Shown: positions 9,388 to 19,739, counted from the first letter of the stretch. The stretch is 53,534 nucleotides of DNA from Promethearchaeati archaeon (GCA_013166775.1 JABLTJ010000023.1:1-53534); one strand, 5' to 3'. Notes: generated from the letters alone by a model not told the origin. Numbers and translations: made by a program.

Positions 9388-10704
9388 ATGACAAACGATA
9401 GAGCTATTATTCTAAAAGCAGAAGAATTACCTGATAAATGGTATAACATTATCCCTGATTTACCCGAACCGTTACCACCACCTATGGATCCTCCTGAAGG
9501 ATATTCTAGAGTTGGTGATCTCCCCAATCTATTGATTGGTGAATGTCTTAAACAAGAGATGTCTGGAGAGAGATGGATACCAATACCTGAAGGTATTCGG
9601 GAGCTTTACTTAGCTGCTGGTAGACCCAGACCATTGTATAGAGCTAAGAATCTAGAAGAGAAATTGGGCACACCTGCGAAACTATTCTACAAATCTGAAT
9701 TTTATAGTCCAACAGGAAGTCACAAAGTTAATACTGCACTTGCTCAAGCTTACTATGCTAAAGAGCAAGGATTTGAGCGCCTTACAACTGAAACAGGTGC
9801 TGGACAATGGGGAAATGCCCTTGCATATGCCTCAAGTCTTGTTGGATTGGACTGCACAGTTTTCTGGGTTCGAGCAGTTTATAGGTGGAAACCTCAACGA
9901 CTGAAATTCATGCAAATGTTTGGTGCAGATGTATTTGCTTCCCCAAGTACTCAAACAGAGTTTGGTAAGTCACTGCATGCTGAAGATCCAAACCACAATG
10001 GTTCGTTAGGAATTGCTATTTCTGAAGGATTAGAAGATGCAAAAAATGATCCAAAAGCAGTTTATTGTTTAGGTTCTGTTTTGAATCATGTACTTCTACA
10101 CCAATCTATAATTGGTTTGGAAACCATGAAACAAATGGAAATTGCCGGTGAATATCCTGATACGATTATTTCCTGCCTAGGTGGTGGAAGTAACTTTGGT
10201 GGGATTGCTCTTCCTTGGATGGGTGAAGCTTTGACTAAGAACAAAGAAATTCAATTTATCGCTGCTCAAAGTGAAGCTGCTCCTAACTTGCAAGGAGAAT
10301 ACAAGTATGACTTTGCAGATCATGCTGAAATGACACCAATGCTGAAAATGTATACTCTAGGTCATCAAGTAACAATGGTACCAATCTATGGGGATGGTTT
10401 AAGATATCATGGAAGTTCTCCTATTTTGAGTCTTCTAAGAAATACTGGACATCTAGATGCAGTTGCATATCCCGCAGATGAAAAATACGTTTTCGAAAAA
10501 ACAAGAGAATTTGTTCAAGCTGAAGGATTTCTACCAGCACCTGAATCAGCATATAGCGTTGCCTGTGCAATGGACGAAGCAATCAAATGCAAAGAAAATA
10601 ATGAGAAAAAGACCATACTCTTCAATATAAGTGGACACGGTTTCTTAGATATGGATGGATATGGAGACGTTTTAGGATTGAAACCACAACCAGAAAGATC
10701 ATAA
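9388..10704 (+). CDS. trpB2: TrpB2-type tryptophan synthase beta-like PLP enzyme
   Basis: LPDKWYNIIPDLP, SPTGSHKVNTA (PLP Lys), TTETGAGQWG, GGGSNFGG, LFNISGHG. Confidence 0.92.
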   Translation: MTNDRAIILKAEELPDKWYNIIPDLPEPLPPPMDPPEGYSRVGDLPNLLIGECLKQEMSGERWIPIPEGIRELYLAAGRPRPLYRAKNLEEKLGTPAKLFYKSEFYSPTGSHKVNTALAQAYYAKEQGFERLTTETGAGQWGNALAYASSLVGLDCTVFWVRAVYRWKPQRLKFMQMFGADVFASPSTQTEFGKSLHAEDPNHNGSLGIAISEGLEDAKNDPKAVYCLGSVLNHVLLHQSIIGLETMKQMEIAGEYPDTIISCLGGGSNFGGIALPWMGEALTKNKEIQFIAAQSEAAPNLQGEYKYDFADHAEMTPMLKMYTLGHQVTMVPIYGDGLRYHGSSPILSLLRNTGHLDAVAYPADEKYVFEKTREFVQAEGFLPAPESAYSVACAMDEAIKCKENNEKKTILFNISGHGFLDMDGYGDVLGLKPQPERS

Positions 10705-10839
10705 AACTAATCTCTCCTCCTTTCTTCTTCTTTTGTTTTTTAATGCAATCTCCTGAAGGAGTTGTGAAAAAGATTTAATGATGATGACACTATTATCTAA
10801 TCTAGTTGTAATTTATCTAATATATTTGAAGGTGATTGA

Positions 10840-11595
10840 TTGGCAGTGGAAAATGAGTATGCAATCGAAACTCAAGATCTTGTTAAGATTTACAAAACAG
10901 GTAAAGTTAAAGCTGTTGATGGCTTAAATTTAAGGATTAAAAAAGGTGAAATTTATGCTTTAATTGGTGCTAATGGAAGTGGTAAAACAACCTCTCTAAA
11001 TATGATATGTGGTGCTCTATTTCCGACTTCTGGCACAATCAAATTATTAGGATATGATATTCCAAAGCATAGAAGAATTATTTCAAATTATATTGGAATT
11101 GCTCCACAAGATTACTCTATTTATTATGATTTAAGTTTAGAAGAAAATGTGCGATTTTTTTCTAGATTGTATGGAATGAGTAAAACGGAATTTGAACCTA
11201 GGTATAACGAAATTATGCAAATGCTAAGGTTAGAGGAAAAAAGAAAAACACAAGCGAAAAACCTATCTGGAGGTATGAAACGACGGGCAAGTATTGCATG
11301 TGCTTTAATTCATTCCCCAAAAGTGGTGTTTTTTGATGAAGCAACTGTTGGGGTTGACCCTGTTCTTAGAACATTCTTCTGGGAATACTTCAGATCTCTG
11401 AAAGAAAAAGGAGTAACTATTGTAATAACATCTCATGTTATGGATGAAGCTGAAAAAGCTGATAGAATTGGATTGATGCGAGCTGGGAAGATGATTGCTG
11501 AAGGAACTCCTGAGAAATTGAAGACAAAATATAAATCTACTACGATTGAGGAGATTTTCATCAAATTAAGTGAAGGAGAGATAGCTGATGAATGA
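10840..11595 (+). CDS. ABC-2 type transporter ATP-binding protein
   Basis: GANGSGKTT, LSGGMKRR, FFDEATVGVDP, TSH. Confidence 0.93.
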   Translation: MAVENEYAIETQDLVKIYKTGKVKAVDGLNLRIKKGEIYALIGANGSGKTTSLNMICGALFPTSGTIKLLGYDIPKHRRIISNYIGIAPQDYSIYYDLSLEENVRFFSRLYGMSKTEFEPRYNEIMQMLRLEEKRKTQAKNLSGGMKRRASIACALIHSPKVVFFDEATVGVDPVLRTFFWEYFRSLKEKGVTIVITSHVMDEAEKADRIGLMRAGKMIAEGTPEKLKTKYKSTTIEEIFIKLSEGEIADE

Positions 11596-12745
11596 AGAAA
11601 CTGCAGAAGAATTTAAACCTAAGAATTCAAGATTCTCAATGCGAAGAACTTTCGCAATCGCTTTTAAAACAATTAACCAGTTTCGAAGAGATCGCAGAAC
11701 CTTGGCGTTACTTACAATAGTTCCCATAATAACTATGTTAATTTTTGGCTTAGCTCTGAGTGGAGAAGTGAATAATGTACCAATAATAATAGAAAATAAT
11801 GATGTATCGTATTTTGGTCTTGATCTTGGTTCTAATATAACTGATGTACTTGAAGATGATAACCGCGTTTCAATCACTCATGATAGTTATTCTGAAGGGA
11901 TTAATTCTGTTGAAACCGGAAAATATTATGCATCTATTCTGATTCCTGAAAATTTTTCTAAATCCATTGTCCATATGTTAACCTTTGGAAATACAACTCC
12001 TGAATTCTATATTTACATAGATGCGACAAAACCAACTGTTAGAGGAAGCATTTTAGGTGCTGTCAGAGAAGCAATGGAGGAATCGATTGGAGACAAAGGG
12101 ATTAATCTTGTACAGATCTTAGCACATGAAGGCGCTGAATTCACTGGATTGGATGTGGGAATACCTGCAATAATTGCATTCGAGCTCATTTTCTTATTAG
12201 TAATAGTTGGTGTTATTACAGTTACTCGCGAAAAAATCCAAGGAACACAGGATCGTCTCTATGCTACACCAATTAGATCATCAGAAAGATTACTTGGATA
12301 TGTAATAGGATTACTTCTAATTGCTACAATCATGGTTACGATTATTCTTATCTTTGGTATTTTCGTGTTCGGAGCTAAGGTTCGAGGAAACGCGTTTCTT
12401 TTAATTTTCGCAGCTTTGTTATTTGCATTGGCACATATCTTTATGGCAGTTTTTCTATCGAATTTTGCTCAGAATGAATTACAGGCTATTCAATTTGCAC
12501 CTTTAACTGCAATACCAAGTATGGCTTTAGGTGGTCTTTTGATTCCTGTTGTTGGGCTTCCCATTTGGCTTCAACCTGTTTCTTATATAGTTCCTTTGAC
12601 TTATGGAATCAATCTGTTCGAAGGAATAATGCTCAAAGGTTGGGGATTCAAAGAATTGTGGGTTGATTTCGTAGTTGTTTCTGGTATGTGTTTAATTTTC
12701 TTTATACTAGCAGTAATATCTGTGAGAAATAGAATGAGAGATTAA
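11588..12745 (+). CDS. ABC-2 type transporter permease
   Basis: RDRRTL + TM, extracellular domain, REKIQGT...L..TP, five C-terminal TMs. Overlaps the ATPase gene. Confidence 0.9.
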   Translation: MNEETAEEFKPKNSRFSMRRTFAIAFKTINQFRRDRRTLALLTIVPIITMLIFGLALSGEVNNVPIIIENNDVSYFGLDLGSNITDVLEDDNRVSITHDSYSEGINSVETGKYYASILIPENFSKSIVHMLTFGNTTPEFYIYIDATKPTVRGSILGAVREAMEESIGDKGINLVQILAHEGAEFTGLDVGIPAIIAFELIFLLVIVGVITVTREKIQGTQDRLYATPIRSSERLLGYVIGLLLIATIMVTIILIFGIFVFGAKVRGNAFLLIFAALLFALAHIFMAVFLSNFAQNELQAIQFAPLTAIPSMALGGLLIPVVGLPIWLQPVSYIVPLTYGINLFEGIMLKGWGFKELWVDFVVVSGMCLIFFILAVISVRNRMRD

Positions 12746-12906
12746 ACCAGCTCTGGAAGAAGCTTTTAGTTAAAAAGGATCTACAATTATAGAACTTATG
12801 GCAAATAAAGATTCAAAATATACTGGTTCCTCAGCACACGGGTGGTGGGATTTACCTATCTCTTTAGATATCAAAGCTAGATGTGAAAAATGCCTAAAAG
12901 AAAAAG

Positions 12907-12931
12907 AAGCTGAGGCTATAAAACTCAGCTT
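12907..12931 (-). terminator. Hairpin followed by a T-rich tract on the minus strand
   Basis: AAGCTGAG-9nt-CTCAGCTT, followed on the minus strand by CTTTTTCTTTT. Confidence 0.55.
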
Positions 12932-12947
12932 GTTTGAATTTGGGTGT

Positions 12948-13049
12948 TCAATTTATTGTGTAGCAAAGCTCCTGTTTTCTATGCGATTTAATAATGATTC
13001 TAAAGAAAAATGGGAAAGAACCTATTTCGATTTTAATTACCAACTTCAT
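12948..13049 (-). CDS. 33-aa small ORF (MKLVIKIEIGSFPFFFRIIIKSHRKQELCYTIN)
   Basis: Starts 5 nt after the CopG stop and ends just before the terminator hairpin. Confidence 0.35.
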   Translation of the reverse strand: MKLVIKIEIGSFPFFFRIIIKSHRKQELCYTIN

Positions 13050-13054
13050 ATCTA

Positions 13055-13471
13055 TCACAAGTTCTTTGTAAGATAATCGATTACGTCCTTTGGACCTTTT
13101 TTTATCCCATAGACTTTAAAAGCCTTTATAGTCTTCGATACAAGTTTCACATCAACATCTTTTGCTATAAAACACATTCCGATGACAAATAAGGTAATCA
13201 TCTTGTTTTTATTCAAATATCGCTCTAAACTATTTCTGTTTAGATGCACAACTCCAACTGCAAAGAAAGATCCTTCTTTGCTACCTTCTTCTTTGATTAC
13301 TGAATCAATAGCAAAAGCGTTTTTTTCTATCTCATTCTTAATTCCAGTTCGAATAAATTCTGTTCTTGTATTATAGAATCCTTGTTCTACAAGGTAATCT
13401 ATCTTTCCCAAATCAACTACTGGGAGATTTACAGTTATTTTTTCGTATTGTTTTTCTGTCACACATTCCAC
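13055..13471 (-). CDS. CopG/ribbon-helix-helix family transcriptional regulator
   Basis: EKITVNLPVVDLGKIDYLVEQGFYNTRTEFIRTGI. Confidence 0.85.
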   Translation of the reverse strand: MECVTEKQYEKITVNLPVVDLGKIDYLVEQGFYNTRTEFIRTGIKNEIEKNAFAIDSVIKEEGSKEGSFFAVGVVHLNRNSLERYLNKNKMITLFVIGMCFIAKDVDVKLVSKTIKAFKVYGIKKGPKDVIDYLTKNL

Positions 13472-13591
13472 CTGACTTCTTATTGGATGTTCTATAACAT
13501 CCAGAGGGATGGCAATTAATAAATGTTTCTATCTATATTAGTAGATAAAATTCTCGAAAACATTTTTAAAAAACCTAGAAAACAAATTCTC

Positions 13592-14992
13592 ATGACTGAA
13601 AAAAAAGAATCTCGATTTAAAGTTCCTCTCAAATTTAATCTAGCATTTGCAACTGGAGAAATTACAGACGCTGTAGCTTATCAAGGATTCTCTTTTCTGA
13701 TTTTTACTTTCTACTATGCTGTTATAGGTATCAAAGTACAACATGTCATGATAATCTATATTCTATGGTCTATATATAATGCATTTAACGATCCTATATT
13801 GGGTGGATTTTCTGATAAAACTAGAACAAAAAGATTTGGCGGTGGAAGACGTAGACCTTGGATGATAATTGCATGGATTCCTCTATCTTTGATAATGTTT
13901 TTCCTATTTACACCATTTACTACTGCTGACACTCATCCTGTTTGGGTTGCTGTATACTTCTTCATAATCATCTGTCTCTTTGACACAATATACACAGCTT
14001 TCTCCTTAAATCGAACATCCCTCTACCCTGAAATGTTCCGAACTGATAAAGAAAGAGAAGAAGCAGGAGCAGGAAGAAGAATATTTATGGTACTTGGTCT
14101 AATTCTAGGAATGGGAGTACCAACATTATTTATTCCTACTCTAACTGAAAGCTCACAACAAAATATCTATAATTATTGGATTGCAGGAGCAGTCTTGGGA
14201 GTAATAGTTTTCGTAACTGCTTTTATTAATATAAAATGGGGAGTTAAAGAACCACCAGTTGAAGAACTTGAGAAGAAAGAACTTTATGGTGTTTTCCAGT
14301 CAATATGGTATACTCTTAAAAACTGGAAGTTTGTTGTGTTCATCTTATGTTCAATGATGAACTGGTATGTATTTGCACTTTTCCCAATGATAATGCCAAT
14401 ATATTCAGAATTTGTTTTATTGGAATCTAGATCAATGCTAGTTGTCCTACTTCTACTTGTTGCCTTTCTAAGTTCAGCACCTGGTGTTGTATTCTGGTCC
14501 TTTGTTGATTCTAAAGTTGGTAGCAAGATGGGTTTCGTTCTATCACAAGCATACTGGTTAGCTGTTCTAATCCCACTGTTCTTCGTAACAAATTACTGGA
14601 TTGCTTTAGTATTACTTGCTTTGAATGGTATCGGTTTAGCTGGTTCTCCTTACTTCATAGATCGAAATATATCTAATATCGCAGATGAAGATGAACAAAA
14701 AACAGGTCAAAGAAGGGAAGCATCATACTATGGTGTTCACGCATTAGTTATTAGGCTTTCAGCGATCTTTGCTGTTGTTTCAGTAAGTTCAGTTCTCACA
14801 AGATACGGATGGTCATTGTTTGAACCAGAAAATGTTTCTGTTGGATTAACTACTGGATTAAAAGCTCTCGTTTCATTCTTCCCAGCAACAGCTCTGGCTA
14901 TTGGTATAGTGTTTCTGCTAATGTATCCTCTAAATAAGAAAAAGGTTGATGAATTACAAACTCTATATAAGAAAGAAATTAAACAAAACTAA
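13592..14992 (+). CDS. MFS transporter, GPH (MelB-like) family
   Basis: NAFNDPILGGFSDKT...GRRRPW and ADEDEQKTGQRREASYYG. ATG 13592 preferred. Confidence 0.9.
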   Translation: MTEKKESRFKVPLKFNLAFATGEITDAVAYQGFSFLIFTFYYAVIGIKVQHVMIIYILWSIYNAFNDPILGGFSDKTRTKRFGGGRRRPWMIIAWIPLSLIMFFLFTPFTTADTHPVWVAVYFFIIICLFDTIYTAFSLNRTSLYPEMFRTDKEREEAGAGRRIFMVLGLILGMGVPTLFIPTLTESSQQNIYNYWIAGAVLGVIVFVTAFINIKWGVKEPPVEELEKKELYGVFQSIWYTLKNWKFVVFILCSMMNWYVFALFPMIMPIYSEFVLLESRSMLVVLLLLVAFLSSAPGVVFWSFVDSKVGSKMGFVLSQAYWLAVLIPLFFVTNYWIALVLLALNGIGLAGSPYFIDRNISNIADEDEQKTGQRREASYYGVHALVIRLSAIFAVVSVSSVLTRYGWSLFEPENVSVGLTTGLKALVSFFPATALAIGIVFLLMYPLNKKKVDELQTLYKKEIKQN

Positions 14993-15023
14993 TCTTAAAT
15001 AAATTAATCCAAAAGAAAGATAT

Positions 15024-16013
15024 CTAATCTTTCTTTATTGTTTTTCTTGCTTGTAGAAATTCAGCTGCACTAATTGCAGCAATGGTTGCTAAACCAACAG
15101 AAGTGGTTATTTGCCTATTTAATGGATTCTTAATTTTGGATGTAACATCACCCGCAGCAAATACTCCAGGAACAGAAGTATTGCAATCATCATCAATCCT
15201 AACAAGATTATCTTCAAGCTCACAACCTAGAGCTTCAGCTAGTTCAGTGTTAGGTAATGCACCAATTTCTGCAAAAATACCATCAGCTTTTAAAGTGGTT
15301 CCATCATTAAAGACAATTTCTTCTACTGTATTTGTTCCCTTGATTTCAGTTACTTGTTTATTGTACAAGATCTCAATATTTTCTCTTTCTTCTGCTCTTT
15401 CAACATAAATTCGTTCGCATTTTAGATAGTCTGATCTTGAAGTCCAATAGATTTTCTTTGCTCCAACATCACTCAACGCAAGAGTTCCAGTAGCTGCTGC
15501 ATCGCCACTACCAACAACAACAACTGTTTTTTCTTTAAAGAATGCTGCATCACAAGTAGCACAATAAGAAACACCACGACCTATGAACTCCTTTTCTCCT
15601 GGAACATCTAGTTCTCTATGTGTTCCCCCAGTAGCAATTATTAATGCTGTTACTATATAATTCCCCATATCGCTTTTAATTAGAAATCTATTATCTTCTG
15701 TTATTACAATTGTCGAAATTTCACCATAAATAATTTTTGTTCCAAATTTCTCAGCTTGAGTTCTCATCTTATCAGCTAAATCAATCCCTGAGATATTTTC
15801 AAAACCGGGATAATTTTCTATTTCTAAAGCTAATCCCATTTGTCCTCCATAATCTCTTCCTATACATGCAACAGAAATAGCTGCTCTTGAAGCATATAAT
15901 GCAGCTGTAAATCCTGCTGGTCCATGCCCAACAATCCCAAGATCTAACTCTTGAATTTCATCACTTTCTTCTTCTTTATCTTCTTTAGGTGGTAATAATA
16001 ACAAATCTTTCAC
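15024..16013 (-). CDS. trxB: Thioredoxin reductase
   Basis: GHGPAG, IENYPGF, GRGVSYCATCD, TSVPGVFAAGD. Confidence 0.9.
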   Translation of the reverse strand: MKDLLLLPPKEDKEEESDEIQELDLGIVGHGPAGFTAALYASRAAISVACIGRDYGGQMGLALEIENYPGFENISGIDLADKMRTQAEKFGTKIIYGEISTIVITEDNRFLIKSDMGNYIVTALIIATGGTHRELDVPGEKEFIGRGVSYCATCDAAFFKEKTVVVVGSGDAAATGTLALSDVGAKKIYWTSRSDYLKCERIYVERAEERENIEILYNKQVTEIKGTNTVEEIVFNDGTTLKADGIFAEIGALPNTELAEALGCELEDNLVRIDDDCNTSVPGVFAAGDVTSKIKNPLNRQITTSVGLATIAAISAAEFLQARKTIKKD

Positions 16014-16087
16014 CTCTACACTGTTTCTAATTGTTAAAAGTTTTATTTATATCTTATCCTAGTTCGAAAGAAAAGAAATTGTGTAAT

Positions 16088-16810
16088 TTATCCATCAATT
16101 TTGATATCTAAGTTCTTTGCAACTTCTTTAAACAAGTCCGTAAACTCTAAATTGATGGAATAGACAAGTTCCAAGAAGTTCAGAATATCTATTGGATCTA
16201 CGTCTGTTGTGTTAAATCCTTGCTCATAATCTGCTAATTTCTCAAACATCTTTTTTGTCAATGTTTTTCCAATCTTCACATATCTATCGTAGTACCCTCT
16301 TATATCTTCTGTTTTGATTTTAGGATTAATTTTTGGAGCAAGTTTTTCCATAGCTGTAAATGCATTCTTTACTTGTTCATATTCCTCGTATTCAACATTG
16401 AAGAACATAATTCGAGCCGTTCTCCCATAATAAGTGACATTGTGTCTTCCTTCCCGAAGTATAGCAACGGGTTTGATTAATCCTGCTTCTTCAAGTTTTT
16501 GAATATGGAAATAGAGATTGTGAAGACTTAAATCAAAATCCTTGATATCAAATTCTCGAGGTTTTGATTTTTTCAAATCTTGAATAGCTTGATATATCTC
16601 CTGAGTGTTCAATGCTCTGCGAATGATATTTTCTGCTTTTTTATCTGTTACTTGCTCTTGTATTCCCATCCCCAGAACTTTCATTATTAACTGCCTAGCA
16701 GAATGTGAATAAAAAGTTCTCTCTGAATCTTTTACAATCTTAAGTTCTGGTAGCTTTTCCCAAAAATCAAGAAGTATCTTTCTATCTCTAGGATCAAATT
16801 CTTTGCTCAT
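16088..16810 (-). CDS. Winged-helix transcriptional regulator (distant paralog of 3171-3821)
   Basis: ALNTQEI...SLHNLYFHIQKLEEAGLI...YYGRTARIM. Shares RTA-K/R with the first regulator. Confidence 0.75.
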   Translation of the reverse strand: MSKEFDPRDRKILLDFWEKLPELKIVKDSERTFYSHSARQLIMKVLGMGIQEQVTDKKAENIIRRALNTQEIYQAIQDLKKSKPREFDIKDFDLSLHNLYFHIQKLEEAGLIKPVAILREGRHNVTYYGRTARIMFFNVEYEEYEQVKNAFTAMEKLAPKINPKIKTEDIRGYYDRYVKIGKTLTKKMFEKLADYEQGFNTTDVDPIDILNFLELVYSINLEFTDLFKEVAKNLDIKIDG

Positions 16811-16988
16811 TTTAACACACTATGTATTCCATATTATACAAACAATCTTTACTATTAAAATTATTCTAATTGTCATAATAAGTATTACTATTAAAAAAAC
16901 TTTAACGGTCAAAAGATATTTAAATGTTTATGGGATTTGTTATCAAGATTGAGAAATCAAATACTCAAAAATTTAGGAAGGAATAAAA

Positions 16989-17300
16989 ATGGATAAAGTA
17001 AAAATAACTGTTGTAAAGAAATTTACTCCAAAAGATATTATTGGTGAAGATTTCATTAAAGCGAACGGACAACCAATTAATGTATGCGGATTTCAAGAAA
17101 GCCAAGAATTCATTGTAGGTGAAAGAGGGAATATGCCTGAGGGGTTCTGTCATCATGCTTGGTATGGTTTGTACAAAAATGTCAGTGTCTTAAGATGCGG
17201 TGGGGGTTTCCCTGATTTCACTGGGCAAGATATGATCTATACTGCTTGTCCTGATGGTATTAGACCTGTTTGCTTTAAAGTAGAAAGAATAAAAGAATAG
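16989..17300 (+). CDS. TIGR04076-family Cys-containing protein
   Basis: KVKITVVK...C...PEGFCHHAW...ACPDGIRPVCFKVERI. Confidence 0.8.
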   Translation: MDKVKITVVKKFTPKDIIGEDFIKANGQPINVCGFQESQEFIVGERGNMPEGFCHHAWYGLYKNVSVLRCGGGFPDFTGQDMIYTACPDGIRPVCFKVERIKE

Positions 17301-17319
17301 AATTCAAAAGGTGCTTTGT

Positions 17320-17718
17320 ATGTATGTAGATACAGATATCAGTGAAATAGTGAGAGTTGTAAATCTCTATCTAGAAGGATTATATGAAAGAAAATTTGAT
17401 TTACTTGAAGAAGCTTTTTGGAACGAAGCAAAAAACATAGGTGTAACTAATGAGAGTAAATTTTGGTTAAAATCAATGGGTTTCTGGAAAGAAAAGTGCA
17501 AAACTCCTCCCATACAATACTCTAAAGATGAGCGTGTATTTTCATTAGAAAATGTTGATGTATGGCATAATTCAGCTGTTGTAAAAGTGAAAATGATTAT
17601 TAAACATCCAGAGCGATTATATGAATGCACAGATTATCTATCACTTCTCAAATCAGATGGTCAATGGAAAATCTACTGTAAGTTATGGTCAGCTAGGGAT
17701 ATTCCACTGAATAACTAG
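17320..17718 (+). CDS. NTF2/SnoaL-like (putative lumazine-binding) protein
   Basis: VVNLYLEG...LEEAF...SAVVKV...DYLSLLKSDGQWKIYCK. Confidence 0.75.
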   Translation: MYVDTDISEIVRVVNLYLEGLYERKFDLLEEAFWNEAKNIGVTNESKFWLKSMGFWKEKCKTPPIQYSKDERVFSLENVDVWHNSAVVKVKMIIKHPERLYECTDYLSLLKSDGQWKIYCKLWSARDIPLNN

Positions 17719-17733
17719 AATAACTCCTGCTTT

Positions 17734-18510
17734 CTATACTTTCTTTCTTGTTAGTTCCTTTTCCGAATAATAAGCAAGTACTGAAACAGCTATTAATGCC
17801 GATCCTAAAAGGAACAATACTACACAGACAATTGCGATATTCGTTGGAGAAAATTCCATCATTGAAAGATTTACTGACATCATGAATATATTATACGGTT
17901 GAAATTCTTCAAACATAAGAAAAGCGGAAATCAAAGTTATTACTAGAATAACAACTGCAGAGATTACGCCTGCAGATATTTGACTTTTGGCTATTGTTGA
18001 TATCAAAATTCCTATACTCATGTAAGTGAATAAGGTTATTGCATAAACTATTAGAGATACAATGAAAGATTGAATATCTGGTAATCCTATAAAAGCCCAA
18101 GTACCAAAGAAGACTGCTATAGCTCCTGCAATTGTACTAATGAGCACTAGAAGATAGCGTACTGCTAGCTTAGTTAGAATAACTGATACAGGAGATATTG
18201 GTTTAGTTTGTATAAGCACCAAAGTGTTTTGTTCTCTTTCTCCTGCTATTGCATCAGCACATAGTATAACAGCTATTATAGAAACAATGCTGTTAGTGCT
18301 ATCCATAAAACTTTGAATGGACATCTCTGGTGTAACTTCAGGTAAAAGACTTTCAAGAAAATCTGCTAGATATGGAAGAGCTAACAACAGTATAACAGTA
18401 AGAAAACCAAAAATAGCTAAACCAATAGATAAAGGTAGAATTTTCCTTCGAATATATTTCCATTCCTTAAACAAAAATGACTTACTCTGTGTTGAAAAAA
18501 TCTCTCTCAT
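17734..18510 (-). CDS. ABC-2 permease (YxlG-like)
   Basis: Six TMs; IAGEREQNTL..IQTKPIS. Confidence 0.85.
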   Translation of the reverse strand: MREIFSTQSKSFLFKEWKYIRRKILPLSIGLAIFGFLTVILLLALPYLADFLESLLPEVTPEMSIQSFMDSTNSIVSIIAVILCADAIAGEREQNTLVLIQTKPISPVSVILTKLAVRYLLVLISTIAGAIAVFFGTWAFIGLPDIQSFIVSLIVYAITLFTYMSIGILISTIAKSQISAGVISAVVILVITLISAFLMFEEFQPYNIFMMSVNLSMMEFSPTNIAIVCVVLFLLGSALIAVSVLAYYSEKELTRKKV

Positions 18511-19427
18511 GAAGCATCCACCAACCTAGTAAATATCTGATCTAAATCAGGAATATTTGGTCCAAAAGAAACAATTTCAAATTTCTCTAACATTTCCCCA
18601 ACAAGTTGATTTGCTTTGCTAAAATCTTTAAGTCGAAAGATTATTCTTTCTCCTTGAATACTCACTTCTTGGACAAACTTATTCTTTTCAAGATAATCTT
18701 TGACTTCTTCGATGTTAATTTTAGATGTCACAAAAAAGGAGTCATCAGTCATCCTTGAAAGAATGCTATCAGGATTATCCTCGACAATTAGACTTCCATC
18801 ATTTAAAACATAGATTTTCTCGCATAATCTCCATATATCTGATAAAATGTGACTGGAAAAAATCACTATATTTTCCTTAGCTAATCTTCGCATAATTTCA
18901 CTTATGCGTTCTCTGTTTATAGGATCTAATCCTGAGAGACTCTCATCAAGTATAATAATGTCAGGTTCATGAAGGATAATGCTTGCTAAGAGAAGTAGTC
19001 TTCTTTGCCCTGTTGAAAGGTATTTTACTATTTTACTCGGAGGAAAATCAATACCGATATACTCAACAACATCTCTAACCTTATTGCTTCTAACATCCTT
19101 AGGAATACCTGACATTCCAGCCATTACATGCAGAAATTCTTTTGCTGAAAGTCTGTCGTACAAACCTGAATCTTCAGGTAAGAATCCTATTTTATTACGA
19201 ATAGCTAGGTTTTTTGGTGATACTCTATCTCCATTTAGATGAATATCTCCTTCTGATGGTACTAATAAGCTGGAAATACATTTTAACAAAGTAGTTTTAC
19301 CTGCACCATTAGGTCCAATTAAACCATATAGGCCAGGTTTATCGATTTGTATAGATACCTGTTTAAGGGCTTTAACATCATCGAAATTCTTACTTAAAGC
19401 TTCAACTTTAACCCCAATCTTCTTCAT
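18507..19427 (-). CDS. ABC transporter ATP-binding protein (YxlF-like)
   Basis: GPNGAGKTT, LSTGQRR, ILDE..SGLDP, SSH. Start MKKIG. Confidence 0.9.
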   Translation of the reverse strand: MKKIGVKVEALSKNFDDVKALKQVSIQIDKPGLYGLIGPNGAGKTTLLKCISSLLVPSEGDIHLNGDRVSPKNLAIRNKIGFLPEDSGLYDRLSAKEFLHVMAGMSGIPKDVRSNKVRDVVEYIGIDFPPSKIVKYLSTGQRRLLLLASIILHEPDIIILDESLSGLDPINRERISEIMRRLAKENIVIFSSHILSDIWRLCEKIYVLNDGSLIVEDNPDSILSRMTDDSFFVTSKINIEEVKDYLEKNKFVQEVSIQGERIIFRLKDFSKANQLVGEMLEKFEIVSFGPNIPDLDQIFTRLVDAS

Positions 19428-19638
19428 CTTCAGTCTTCTCTTTTGGCATTCTTCCAAATAACAAATATGATAACCATCCAAACATGCTAACTATCCAAAT
19501 AACAGTTATCCATATATAATTAGTATTCTTTGGTCTCTTTTCCCAGCCTTTAATTAAATCAAGTGTTGCTAGTAATTTCATTCCTGAATCAAGTAAAACT
19601 ACTGGAATAAGAATTAGAATTAATACCCACGTTTCCAT
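19408..19638 (-). CDS. PLDc_N/YxlE-like small two-TM protein
   Basis: LATLDLIK...YIWITVIWIVSMFGWLSYLLFGR. Start METW. Confidence 0.75.
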   Translation of the reverse strand: METWVLILILIPVVLLDSGMKLLATLDLIKGWEKRPKNTNYIWITVIWIVSMFGWLSYLLFGRMPKEKTEDEEDWG

Positions 19639-19739
19639 AATATCCACTTTAGACTTATTAACAAGTAAAGAACAATTATAATAATAAATATTGATATTCA
19701 ACATACTTCGCTATCAAGTTAGTAAAAAATTAAACCAGG

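Noticed and set aside
12798-13076. 92-aa plus-strand ORF
   Set aside because: Overlaps copG, spans a terminator hairpin and has no recognisable motif. Probably spurious.
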